Source: Thermodesulfobacteriota bacterium
Lineage (GTDB): Bacteria; Desulfobacterota_D; UBA1144; Nemesobacterales; UBA2774
Assembly (NCBI GenBank): GCA_041390285.1
Contig: JAWKQD010000001.1
Location: forward strand, 152,839 to 216,838
DNA: 64,000 bases
Reading direction: 5' to 3'
Positions within the stretch are counted from its first letter, which is position 1. The number at the start of each line of letters is the position of its first letter. Made by a program: the position numbers and the translations under genes. Shown here piece by piece: positions 49,871-59,225 of this stretch. The notes beneath the pieces were generated by a model. That model was not told the DNA's origin, did no database searches, and saw only the letters and a list, made by a program, of their open reading frames with translations.

Positions 49871-51643
49871 ATGGCTAAAAAACAGTTTCTCGACCTCCAG
49901 GAATTTATAAACTACCTCGACGCAATCGGGGATTTGAAACGGGTGAAGGCCGAGGTCGATTCGGACCTCGAGGCTTCGGAAATCGCCGACAGGGTGATAA
50001 AGGAGAAGGGCCCGGCTCTAATCTTCGAAAACGTGAAGGGGGCATCGTTCCCGCTCGCCATGAATCTATTCGGCACCGAGGAGCGCGTGGAGCTTGCGCT
50101 CGGGCGAAAGCCGAGGGAGGTGGGGGAGGAACTGGTCGAACTCTTTCACAAGGTGAACCCGCCGTCGCTTAAGTCGTTCTTCTCGATACTTCCGAAGGCG
50201 TACAGCCTTCTTTCGATGCGGACGAAGGCCGTCAGCAGCGGCGCGGTGCAGGAGATAGAGGAGCAGCCCGACCTCCGAAAACTGCCGATCATAAAATGCT
50301 GGCCGCTCGACGGCGGGAAGTTCGTAACGCTCGGGCTCGTCCTGACGCAGGACCCCGTCACCAGCAAGCGGAACCTCGGCATATACAGGATGCAGGTTTA
50401 CGACGAGAAGACGACGGGTATGCACTGGCACCCGCACAAGGGCGGGGCCGCGCACTACCACGAGGCGGGGAAGCTCGGGAGGGACCTCGAAGTCGCGGTC
50501 GTACTCGGCGGCGATCCGAAGATGATCTTCACCGCGATCGCGCCGCTTCCCGAAGGCATGGACGAGATAGCGTTCGCGAGCTTCCTAAGAGGGAAGCCGA
50601 TACCGATGGTGAAGGGGAAGAGCGTGTCGATTCCAGTGCCGGCGAACGCGGAGTTCGTGATAGAGGGCGTCGTCCCGCAGAACGAGCTCAGGGTCGAAGG
50701 GCCGTTCGGCGACCATTTCGGGCATTATTCGATGGAGGCCGATTTCCCGGTCTTTCACGTGAACCGCATTACTCACAGGGCCAACGCTATATATCCTGCG
50801 ACGATAGTGGGCAAGCCGCCGAAGGAGGACGTATTCCTCGGCATGGCGGCGGGGGATATGTTCTCGCCTCTTACGCGCATTATTCACCCGGAAGTGAAGG
50901 ACATGTGGGCCTACCCGGAGGCGGGGTTCCATAACCTGCTCGTGGTATCGGTGGACGAGCGCTATCCCAAAAACGGCATAAAGGCGATGCTGTCTCTCTG
51001 GGGAACGGGGCAGCTACTTTTGACGAAGGTGATGATCACCGTTTCGAGCGACGTGGACCCGCGCGACTGGGACGCCGTCCTTACCGAGATAGGGCTTAAC
51101 TACGAGCCGGAAGAGGATGTGCTCGTAATCCCGTGGGCCCGCTCGACACGCTCGATTTTACCAGCGGGAAGCTGAACGTGGGGAGCAAGATGGGCATAAA
51201 CGCCGTGAGAAAACCGGCGGCGGGAAGGAAGCCCCGGAAGGTGCCGGATAAGGTGCCCGACCCGAGGGCGAAACATCCCGAGATCCTCGACTGGAGGCTT
51301 CTCAAGGGCGGCATATTAGCTGTAAAGATTGACAAGAAACCCAAAGAGATGTTAAAAAAGCTGTTTGAAACGCCCGGATACGAGGATGTGAGGATAATCG
51401 CCGCCGTCAGCCCGGACATAGACGTGCACGATAACACGGAGCTCATATGGGGTATTTTCACCCGGTTCGACCCGTATCTGGACCTCGTTTTCGAGAGGAC
51501 GGAGCTCAAAGGCCCCGCGGTGGTTTACGGGGCCGCATGGGTATAGATGCAACTATAAAAGCTGGTATCCTGCTGTGATAGAAATGTCCGAGGACGTTAA
51601 AGAGGCGGTAAGCGAAAGATGGAAAGAATACTGGAAGACGTAG
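49871..51643 (+). pseudogene. UbiD-family decarboxylase (candidate MqnM-like), at least three frameshifts in the last 520 nt
   Basis: Intact to about 51130 (ORF 49859..51175: LGIYRMQVYDEKTTGMHWHPHKGGAAHY...). It continues as GPLDTLDFTSGKLNVGSKMGINA... (ORF 51133..51546), then RMGIDATIKAG and YPAVIEMSEDVKEAVSERWKEYWKT* in further frames. Confidence 0.8.
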
Positions 51644-52726
51644 AAAAACTCTGTTTTGACAAGAACCTTCTCCCCATAATCGAAAAGGTGGCGAACGAGG
51701 AGCGGCTTAGCTTCGGCGACGGGCTTACCGTCATGGACAGCCTCGACCTTAATACCGTCGGGATGCTGGCCGATTACGTCAAGCGGAAGAGGGTGGGGGA
51801 CAAGGTTTACTTCGTCGTGAACAGGCACGTCAACCCGTCGAACATTTGCGCCATTTCGTGCAGGTTCTGCGCGTTCGGCACGACCAAGAAATCGGCCAAC
51901 GCGTACGAGATGAGCCACGAGCAGATTCTTTCGCTCCTTAACGACGACATAAGGGAAGTGCACATAGTCGGCGGGCTTCACCCCGACTGGAACTTCGATC
52001 ACTACCTCGACATTATTAGACTGGTAAAGAACAACTACCCGAAGACTCACGTGAAGGCCTTCACCGCGGTGGAGATAGACTGGTTTACGGAGATAACCGG
52101 CAAGGGGCTCGAGTATGTTCTCGAAACCCTGAGAGAGGCCGGGGTCGATGCCTTACGGGCGGGGGCGCGGAGATTCTCCACCCTGATGTCAGGAAGAAGA
52201 TATGCGCGCCGAAGACTATCGCCACAAGGTGGGAGGAGATTCACAAGCTCGCCCATTCGATGGGCATCCCGACGAACGCGACCATTCTTTACGGCCACAT
52301 CGAAGAGCCGTTTCACATTGTCGATCACCTGGACAGGCTTAGAAACATAGAGGACGAATCGCCGGGGTTCTTCGCGTTCATTCCGGTGCTGTTCCAGCCC
52401 GAGAACACCGGGGCTCAAGAAGCAGGTGAAGTTCTTCCCGGCTTCTTACGACCTTAAGGTCCACGCCCTTGCGAGGCTATTTAGACAACTTCCCGCACAT
52501 AAAATCCTACTGGATCACGCTCGGGGAGAAGATGGCGCAGGTCGCGCTCCATTACGGATGCTCGGACGCGGACGGCACCATCATGAAGGAAAAGATCATC
52601 CACGACGCGGGCGCGCCTTCGGAGCTCGGCCACACGCGCGATTTCATGATAAACATGATAAAGAACGCGGGCTTTATCCCCGTCGAGCGCGACGCACTTT
52701 ACAACGAAGTGCAGGTCTATAACTAG
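51619..52726 (+). pseudogene. Radical SAM enzyme of the MqnC/MqnE (CofH-like) family, three frameshifts
   Basis: CAISCRFCAF (CX3CX2C). Pieces: ORF 51619..52350, then PGGGAEILHPDVRKKICAPKTIATRWEEIHKLAHSMGIPTNATILYGHIE... (frame of ORF 52260..52457), then KFFPASYDLKVHALARL, then YLDNFPHIKSYWITLGEKMAQVALHYGCSDADGTIMKEKI (ORF 52469..52726). Confidence 0.75.
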
Positions 52727-53037
52727 GCGCTGAGCACAGGGCGGGGCCGCCGGACTGCGTTGCTTCGGCAATCGCCGGACATGCCTATCCAATAAAATTC
52801 CTCCGGATTATATAACGGGATATTTGCGCTCGAACAGCAGAGAGATACACGGCATTTTGTCGTACTCGGCACGGGCCTTCTTTACCCTCCATTCCCACCG
52901 TCAGAGACGAAATCCCGCATTCCAACAACTCGTAAAAACGCGCTTTATGTGTGCGATAGATTAAGGGCGCAAAATAGTGCTTGAAAACGAAACCGTTTTG
53001 GTGAATCCTTTGTAGATATCGCAGGGAGCAAGAAACG

Positions 53038-53361
53038 ATGATAAAGATGAGAACGCTTTCCTTAACGGCATTACTCGCAATCCTAATAGCAGGCGGAATT
53101 TATTTCACGGGCGGTGAGCAGGCGGAATCGCAGCAGCCCCAGGAATTCTCCTACACTACATCCGAACTCGGACAAGACCTCTACTCCTTCTCGGATCTTT
53201 CGGCCGGACAGGTTATCGAGATCGCGCAGTCGAGCTGCGGGAGCGATACGTGTTCCGCCGACCAGTGTTGTTGTCTCAACACCGAGACTGGAGCGCAGTG
53301 CTGCAGGCCCAACACGAGCGGCAATTGCGTAGAGTCGTGCAAACGCGGAAGCCCCTGTTAA
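53038..53361 (+). CDS. Small signal-anchored protein with a Cys-dense C-terminus (10 Cys in the last ~43 residues)
   Basis: MIKMRTLSLTALLAILIAGGIYF anchor, acidic/polar linker, then SSCGSDTCSADQCCCLNTETGAQCCRPNTSGNCVESCKRGSPC. Confidence 0.55.
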   Translation: MIKMRTLSLTALLAILIAGGIYFTGGEQAESQQPQEFSYTTSELGQDLYSFSDLSAGQVIEIAQSSCGSDTCSADQCCCLNTETGAQCCRPNTSGNCVESCKRGSPC

Positions 53362-53425
53362 CTACCGTTCCGCGTGACCGAACCATGGCATAGGCAGTTT
53401 TCAGTCGCAGTACAAGAGAGTTGTT

Positions 53426-54295
53426 ATGTCTTTAGTTATGGCAATGCAGTTCGGGGACCGTATTTGTATCCTTTCGGATTCCATGATTTCCGGTTCAGCC
53501 TCGATAGACGACGAAGTAATTCCAGGCCAGCTTAAAACGGTCGTCCTCAATAAAGAGCTTGCCGTCTCGTATTCCGGACCCGCCGACAAGGCGGTCGGGA
53601 AGATCCGCGAGATAAGGCAGGACCTTGCCAAGAGGGTTTACTTCGAGGAGGTCCTGGAATCGCTCACCGAGTTCACGAAGAACGAGGGCGAGGACGTGGA
53701 CTTCATTCTCTCTTCGCACATCTCCATTCCCAAGCTGTACAAGATAGCCGCGGGCGATATTCATTACGGCCTCGACATGTACTGGATAGGGAACGAGGGC
53801 GCGGTGTCCCGCGTCCTGGAAGAGGTGAAAAAGGTCGAGACTGTCACAGGAACCCTCCCGCGCGGGATGACGCCCGAAGAGAAGAAATTCAGAGAGGCGT
53901 TCAAGAAGGTCGTCAGCGGGCGCAGCGAGCCGCTGGCCGGAGGGCTCGTTTTCGACTGCATAGGCTCTGAAAGCGGGTACCACTACAACACCCAGGCCGG
54001 TGTCCACACCGGGGGCGGGATGTCGATAGGAATCTCCTTTGATTACTCGCCGGGGACGGGCTATGAGAAGCCCGGGAGCGAGATGAGCCTCGTCTCACTG
54101 AACGGGAGGAGCCTCCCTCTGGCGGGAGCCTACTTCGAGGAAAGCCACCTGGGCTACATATATTCACCGCTCGACCCGCATCTCGACAGGAACAGGCCGG
54201 GGAGCCCCGAGGCTGTGTATCCCGTGACGCTCAAGGGGTTCGTGAGCGAGGTCGAGAGGTGCGCCGCGAGGCTCGAGACCTACCTCGGGGGATAA
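53426..54295 (+). CDS. Cytoplasmic protein of unknown function with an Ntn-hydrolase/proteasome-beta-like N-terminal pattern
   Basis: Intact 289-aa ORF with no signal peptide. The N-terminus MSLVMAMQFGDRICILSDSMISGS resembles the nucleophile-strand pattern of proteasome-type hydrolases. This rests on pattern only. Confidence 0.5.
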   Translation: MSLVMAMQFGDRICILSDSMISGSASIDDEVIPGQLKTVVLNKELAVSYSGPADKAVGKIREIRQDLAKRVYFEEVLESLTEFTKNEGEDVDFILSSHISIPKLYKIAAGDIHYGLDMYWIGNEGAVSRVLEEVKKVETVTGTLPRGMTPEEKKFREAFKKVVSGRSEPLAGGLVFDCIGSESGYHYNTQAGVHTGGGMSIGISFDYSPGTGYEKPGSEMSLVSLNGRSLPLAGAYFEESHLGYIYSPLDPHLDRNRPGSPEAVYPVTLKGFVSEVERCAARLETYLGG

Positions 54296-54348
54296 GGCCG
54301 AAATTAACTTAGGCTGCATCGACCGCTCTACCGCCCATAGCCATGGTG

Positions 54349-54377
54349 TTGACTCTTTCCGGTTTTTATATGATAAT
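54349..54377 (+). promoter_or_regulatory. Sigma-70-type promoter candidate (TTGACT-17 nt-GATAAT)
   Basis: Hexamers at 54349-54354 and 54372-54377, about 58 nt upstream of the ATG at 54435. Confidence 0.4.
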
Positions 54378-54434
54378 GGGTGTAATTAAGCTAATTCTAT
54401 AATACATTAAAACCAATAATGACAGGAGGATGCG

Positions 54435-55802
54435 ATGGTGATTAAACATATTCCTGCCTTAATTCTTTTTAGTGTATCACTGTTAATTCCCGGCTTGGCT
54501 TATTCTCAAGAGGCGTGTGAGGTCGTACAGATTACAAACGGGGATCTGAGTTCGGGCGATCCTGCTGTGTGCGGTAACGGAAATGGAATCTTGTTTATCT
54601 CGCGCGCAGATCTATTGAATAACGGCCATCCCGATCAAGAGGATCTTTTTTTCGCCGATATAACGGACCCCTTCAATCCCGTATTCTACCAGTTAACTAA
54701 CACGCCCCAGAACGAGCGGGGCCCATCCATTAGCGACGACTGCAGAGAGATAGGATTTAACTCGAACAGCGATCTGACAGGGGGTAATCCCGGCAATTTG
54801 GACCAGATGTTTTACGCCGATATAAGTAACCCCAACGTTCCGGTCTTTACGCAGCTGACCGGTGTAAGTCCCTCATCGGTAAGCGGTGCGGTATCGGGCA
54901 ACGGGACGAAGGTTGCTATCTCGACCGCTGAAGATTTGACGGGAATGAACCCGGACGGGAGCCGCGAATATTTTATATTCGACTCGGATAATGCTGTGGT
55001 GCCTTTCGGGCAGTTGACGAATGATCCTACAAATAGCGGGAGCATAACGTCAAGCCCAATTATTGACGCAAACGGTTCGAGGGTTGTATTTACTTCAAGC
55101 CAGGATTTCGTGCCGCCCGGCACTAACCTGAACGGCGGGAGACAGCTTTTATTATCCCGGATTTCCTATGATTCGCCCAATCCGCCTAACTCCCAGCTCT
55201 TTCAATTAACGGACTTCCCGAGTAATGATTTTTTTGCGCAGGGACCCGCGATAACGCCGGACGGAAATAAGATTCTTTTCGCCACGAATGCCAACATAAC
55301 CGGAGGGAACCCCGACGGAAACCAGGACCTCTTCCTGGTCGATGCGACTAACCCGGCATCGCCTGTCTTCAATCAGATAACGAGATCAACCGAGTTCACC
55401 TCATCGGGCGGCATTATCAACTCAAACGCAAGCTTAATATCGTTCATTACTGCGAATCCGCATTTTACCTTCGGCGGAGAGCAGATTCTGCTTGCAGACA
55501 TAATTGACCCGATTCACCCTGAATTTACGATACTGACGAATTTCCCGGTCGGCTCGGACCTGGACGATCTTGCTTCTCCCAACCAGTTCACGTTTATCGC
55601 CTTCGAGAGCGACTCCGACTTGATACCGGGCGGCAATACCGACGAAAATAACGAAATATATATTCTCTTTCCGGACGATTGCGGTTTTCTAATCAGGAGA
55701 AATGCCATACCGACCCTATCCGAATGGGGCCTGATCGCAATGACGGCGGTATTGGGAATAATCGGTGTTCTGGCTGTACGGAGAAGAAACGCGGCAGCCT
55801 GA
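54435..55802 (+). CDS. Secreted seven-repeat (beta-propeller-like, TolB/PD40-type) protein with an IPTL-CTERM sorting tail
   Basis: Signal peptide ...GLAYSQE. Seven repeats of the form (I/V)xFxSxxDLTGGNPDGNxExFxxD...P.FxQLT. The C-terminus AIPTLSEWGLIAMTAVLGIIGVLAVRRRNAAA matches the IPTL-CTERM motif + TM + basic tail. Confidence 0.75.
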   Translation: MVIKHIPALILFSVSLLIPGLAYSQEACEVVQITNGDLSSGDPAVCGNGNGILFISRADLLNNGHPDQEDLFFADITDPFNPVFYQLTNTPQNERGPSISDDCREIGFNSNSDLTGGNPGNLDQMFYADISNPNVPVFTQLTGVSPSSVSGAVSGNGTKVAISTAEDLTGMNPDGSREYFIFDSDNAVVPFGQLTNDPTNSGSITSSPIIDANGSRVVFTSSQDFVPPGTNLNGGRQLLLSRISYDSPNPPNSQLFQLTDFPSNDFFAQGPAITPDGNKILFATNANITGGNPDGNQDLFLVDATNPASPVFNQITRSTEFTSSGGIINSNASLISFITANPHFTFGGEQILLADIIDPIHPEFTILTNFPVGSDLDDLASPNQFTFIAFESDSDLIPGGNTDENNEIYILFPDDCGFLIRRNAIPTLSEWGLIAMTAVLGIIGVLAVRRRNAAA

Positions 55803-56077
55803 CGGGTTCGGCAGGGGCCAAATTCAGACTGGCTTCGAAAGTTCGGAATTTGTCCGACGGGGTAGAGAAGTATGCCGCGAGGCTGCTTGAGAAGTACCTC
55901 GGGAGGCGGCTTTTAAATGCATGTGCAAGGGAATCTTCCTGGCTATTTATTAACCTTCCCTTAAAACCGGCTGAATTTTGAGTTAAAAATTCAAAATTGC
56001 CGAATCAGCCCTTGAAAAGCGGGAATTAGTGCTTATGCTATTTGTGATAAACGTTTAAGGCATGGGGTGAATTTTTT

Positions 56078-56362
56078 ATGATCAATACTGAAAATCTAGA
56101 CCATACGGGAACGAAGTTCTCGCGCAGCATATACCTCGGGCAGATCAAGAAAACCACTCTCGATAAGCCTGTAGACGACCTCAGTGAAAAAGAGCAGGAG
56201 CAGTATTCGAGCCTTTCCCGGCAGATGAGATGGGGCAAGGAGAATGGATACAACCTCGTGCTTACCCGTGACAGTGACGAGATCGACTGCTGGATGATAA
56301 GGGATACATCCATGGACGACCTCAACCCACTCTTCAAAAAGACAATTCTGGAAGTTTTCTGA
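56078..56362 (+). CDS. Small hypothetical protein (94 aa), low G+C
   Basis: Intact ORF with a plausible promoter (TTGAAA-16 nt-TATGCT) upstream. No recognised domain. Confidence 0.4.
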   Translation: MINTENLDHTGTKFSRSIYLGQIKKTTLDKPVDDLSEKEQEQYSSLSRQMRWGKENGYNLVLTRDSDEIDCWMIRDTSMDDLNPLFKKTILEVF

Positions 56363-56561
56363 TACCGTAAACGAAAAAATCAAAGAAGTAGTTATCCGCC
56401 GCCGATAGCAGGCGGAGGGAATCGTATTGTGTTTTGGATGCGACGGCCCGGCGCGTAAATTCGTGCTTAATTAATTTTACTTTGCCGGGACGATTTGTTA
56501 TTCTAGAATCAGAATTCAAGGGGGTTTGACGCTTGCGATGCCCGCTTGCGGAGTATTAAAC

Positions 56562-56888
56562 ATGGACGCATACGCTGAAATAATCGAGAATCTCAAGGCC
56601 AAGAAGATCGAGCTCGAAGACAGGCTCGGCAGAATAGAAAGCTCCCTTAGAAAGACCCACGACAGGGACTGGGACGAGCAGGCGCTGGAGCGCGAGGGCG
56701 AAGAGGTAGTCGAGGCCCTCGACGAGAGCATACGGACCGAGCTCGACCAGATTAACGTTGCGCTTTCTATGGTGGACAAAGGTGAGTACGGTGTCTGCGT
56801 CATGTGCGGCGACCCCATACCCATTGGCAGGCTCGAAGCCCTGCCGTACACAGACCGCTGCGTTGTCTGTGCCCAGGAATCCGAATAA
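56562..56888 (+). CDS. DksA/TraR-family C4-type zinc-finger protein
   Basis: Coiled-coil N-terminus and CVMCGDPIPIGRLEALPYTDRCVVCAQ. Start taken at ATG 56562 (GGAG 9 nt upstream). Confidence 0.8.
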   Translation: MDAYAEIIENLKAKKIELEDRLGRIESSLRKTHDRDWDEQALEREGEEVVEALDESIRTELDQINVALSMVDKGEYGVCVMCGDPIPIGRLEALPYTDRCVVCAQESE

Positions 56889-57072
56889 CCGACCCCGAGG
56901 TATAGCCCTCGCGGGATGATATCTCCGAACAGTTCGGACAACGGGCGAGGTCCGTTTAAAGCCCCGTAATGTTAAGCAGGAGTTAACTTTTTTGACTGCT
57001 ACACGCTTTCGGTTTATAACCATGAGGGAGCGGCCGGCAGGGTTCTACCCCGCTCCGCCTGGAGGCTTAAAG

Positions 57073-57420
57073 ATGGACATGACCGTCATAAACGCTGACG
57101 ATGAGCTCACTCATGTAAAGCTGCGGGGGAGGGTGGACCTCGATACGATAGGCGACCTCGACCGCGAATTCACAAGGCAGACCGTCACACGGAGAAAGGA
57201 CGTTATTGTCGATATGTCGGACGTCGATTACATGGCGTCTATCGGCCTCAGAATGCTTATCACGGCCGCCAAGGCACTCGACAAGTTCGGCGCCAGCATG
57301 GTCCTTTTAAACCCTCATCCCGATGTCGAGGACGTCCTCAGGACGGCCGGGTTCGACAAGGTGATGCCTATCGAGCACGACCTCGAGAGCGCCCGCGATG
57401 CTCTCAGGGCGCGGGCCTGA
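57073..57420 (+). CDS. STAS-domain anti-sigma-factor antagonist (RsbV/SpoIIAA-like)
   Basis: GGAGG RBS 7 nt before ATG 57073. STAS pattern ...VIVDMSDVDYMASIGLRMLITAAKAL..., with the conserved Ser in DYMASIG. Confidence 0.75.
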   Translation: MDMTVINADDELTHVKLRGRVDLDTIGDLDREFTRQTVTRRKDVIVDMSDVDYMASIGLRMLITAAKALDKFGASMVLLNPHPDVEDVLRTAGFDKVMPIEHDLESARDALRARA

Positions 57421-57436
57421 AAGGGCCGCAGAGGAT

Positions 57437-58639
57437 ATGGAAACCAAAGCACCAGAAACCGATAGCGCACAATCCAGCGCGCCTCGGGCGACGGTTCTCG
57501 TCGTAGCAGGCGACCCCGGGCTTAAACTTCTCGTAAGCCAGAAATTCAGAAGGGAGATAAGGGAGAACGAGCTCTCTTTCGTCTTTGCGGACGACGGCGC
57601 GTCGGCCTTGAGGACACTCGGCCGAAGCGACGTGGATGTGGTGGTAACGGACGTTCAGCTCCCCGGCACCGACGGGCTCACGCTCCTTTCCGACCTTAAG
57701 AAATACTTCCCGAATATACGATCCGTAATAATCTCGGCATATGGCGACATGCGCACCATCAGGCGCGCGCTGAATCTTGGCGCGTTCGACTTTTTGACGA
57801 AGCCCATAGACCTCGACGACCTCGGCGTGACCATACTGAAGACCGTGGAAGAGGCGCTGGCGCTGAAGCAGGCCGTCAGGGACAGGGAGCGGCTGGCCGC
57901 TATCAGGCAGGAGCTCGACGTCGCCCGGAGGATTCAGCTCTCGATGATTCCGAGGACGTTCCCGGCATTTCCGGGAAAGAGCGAGTTCGACATATACGGA
58001 GACATCAAGACGGCCCGGGACGTCGGCGGCGATTTCTACGATTTCAGCATCCTGGACGGCGACAAGCTCTATTTCGCAATCGGCGACGCTTCGGGGAAGG
58101 GGGTTCCGGCGGCGCTGTTCATGGCAGTTACGAGGACCATGATAAAGGCGGAGGCCGTGAAGGGGAACCCGCCGGACAGGTGCCTTGCCGAGGCCAACAG
58201 AATACTCTGCATGGAAAATGAATTTTCGATGTTCATAACCGCGTTCTGCGGCATATTGGATGTCGGGACGGGAGAGGTCGCGTATTCGAACGGCGGCCAC
58301 AAGCTTCCGTTCCTCGTCCGCAGTGGGGCCGAGGTGGAAACCGTGCCGGGTACGGACGGGATCGCTCTCGGGGTTTTGGAAGGCGAGTCCCTTTATAATG
58401 TCGGAACGATGAAGCTAGGCCGCGGAGACACCATATTTCTTTACAGCGACGGCGTGACGGAGGCCGCGAACAGGCAGCTCGAATTATATACCGACAAGAG
58501 GCTCGAGATGGTATTGTCCGGGATCGGAGAAGGCCTTCCGAAAGACGCCATAAATGCCGTTCTCGTGGACGTCGAAACATTTTCGGAAGGCGTTCCGCAG
58601 GCGGACGATATGGCACTTCTCGCCATCAGATATAATTAA
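57437..58639 (+). CDS. Response-regulator receiver fused to a PP2C/SpoIIE phosphatase (RsbU-like)
   Basis: Receiver (VLVVAGDP...DVVVTDVQLPGTDGL...K) followed by PP2C motifs GDFYDF, IGDASGKGVPAALFM and LYSDGVTEA. Confidence 0.85.
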   Translation: METKAPETDSAQSSAPRATVLVVAGDPGLKLLVSQKFRREIRENELSFVFADDGASALRTLGRSDVDVVVTDVQLPGTDGLTLLSDLKKYFPNIRSVIISAYGDMRTIRRALNLGAFDFLTKPIDLDDLGVTILKTVEEALALKQAVRDRERLAAIRQELDVARRIQLSMIPRTFPAFPGKSEFDIYGDIKTARDVGGDFYDFSILDGDKLYFAIGDASGKGVPAALFMAVTRTMIKAEAVKGNPPDRCLAEANRILCMENEFSMFITAFCGILDVGTGEVAYSNGGHKLPFLVRSGAEVETVPGTDGIALGVLEGESLYNVGTMKLGRGDTIFLYSDGVTEAANRQLELYTDKRLEMVLSGIGEGLPKDAINAVLVDVETFSEGVPQADDMALLAIRYN

Positions 58640-58642
58640 CCG

Positions 58643-59056
58643 ATGCCCTCCGAATTGAATATCCGGCTCAGGAACGATTTCAGCGAACTGGCCGGACTCA
58701 GAGAAAAGCTGAGAGAATTTTGTGAATCGTGGAAACTCCCGCAGAGCTCCGCGTTTGCGGTGTTGCTGTCTCTCGACGAGCTCGTGACGAATATAATCTC
58801 GTATGCATGGGAGGATGGGCTCGAACATTCAATCTCAATAAGCGCGAAGTGCGGAGGCGGCGTTATGGAGATAGAGGTCGAGGACGATGGGAGGCCGTTC
58901 AATCCTCTCGACTATGCGCCGCCGGATCTGTCATCCCCGATAGAAGAGCGCCACATCGGCGGGCTGGGCATACACCTTATACAGACATACATGGACGAGA
59001 TAGCGTACAAAAGGGAAGGGGAGCGGAACCGTATTGTTATGAAGAAGAGGGTGTAG
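58643..59056 (+). CDS. Anti-sigma regulatory factor, Ser/Thr kinase of the RsbW/SpoIIAB type
   Basis: 137 aa, HATPase_c_2 pattern (LDELVTNIISYAW...VEDDGRPFNP...GGLGIHLIQTYMDE). Confidence 0.8.
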   Translation: MPSELNIRLRNDFSELAGLREKLREFCESWKLPQSSAFAVLLSLDELVTNIISYAWEDGLEHSISISAKCGGGVMEIEVEDDGRPFNPLDYAPPDLSSPIEERHIGGLGIHLIQTYMDEIAYKREGERNRIVMKKRV

Positions 59057-59225
59057 CCGCGGCTTCACGCGAGAGCACCGTTCCAGACGCAGAAACCGAT
59101 TTGTAGAAACTATTCCAAATTTGCACTAATATTCTTCAAAAAATGAATCTCTGTGGTTGTAAAAAGTGTATGAACCTTTTAGTCTTGCGGTAACGTTCCA
59201 AACCAACTCGAGGAGGGGCTGAATC

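Noticed and set aside
52867-52882. Sigma-54 promoter candidate CGGCACG-GGCC-TTCT upstream of the Cys-rich small gene
   Set aside because: The -24 half is good, but the invariant GC of the -12 element is missing (TTCT instead of TTGC).
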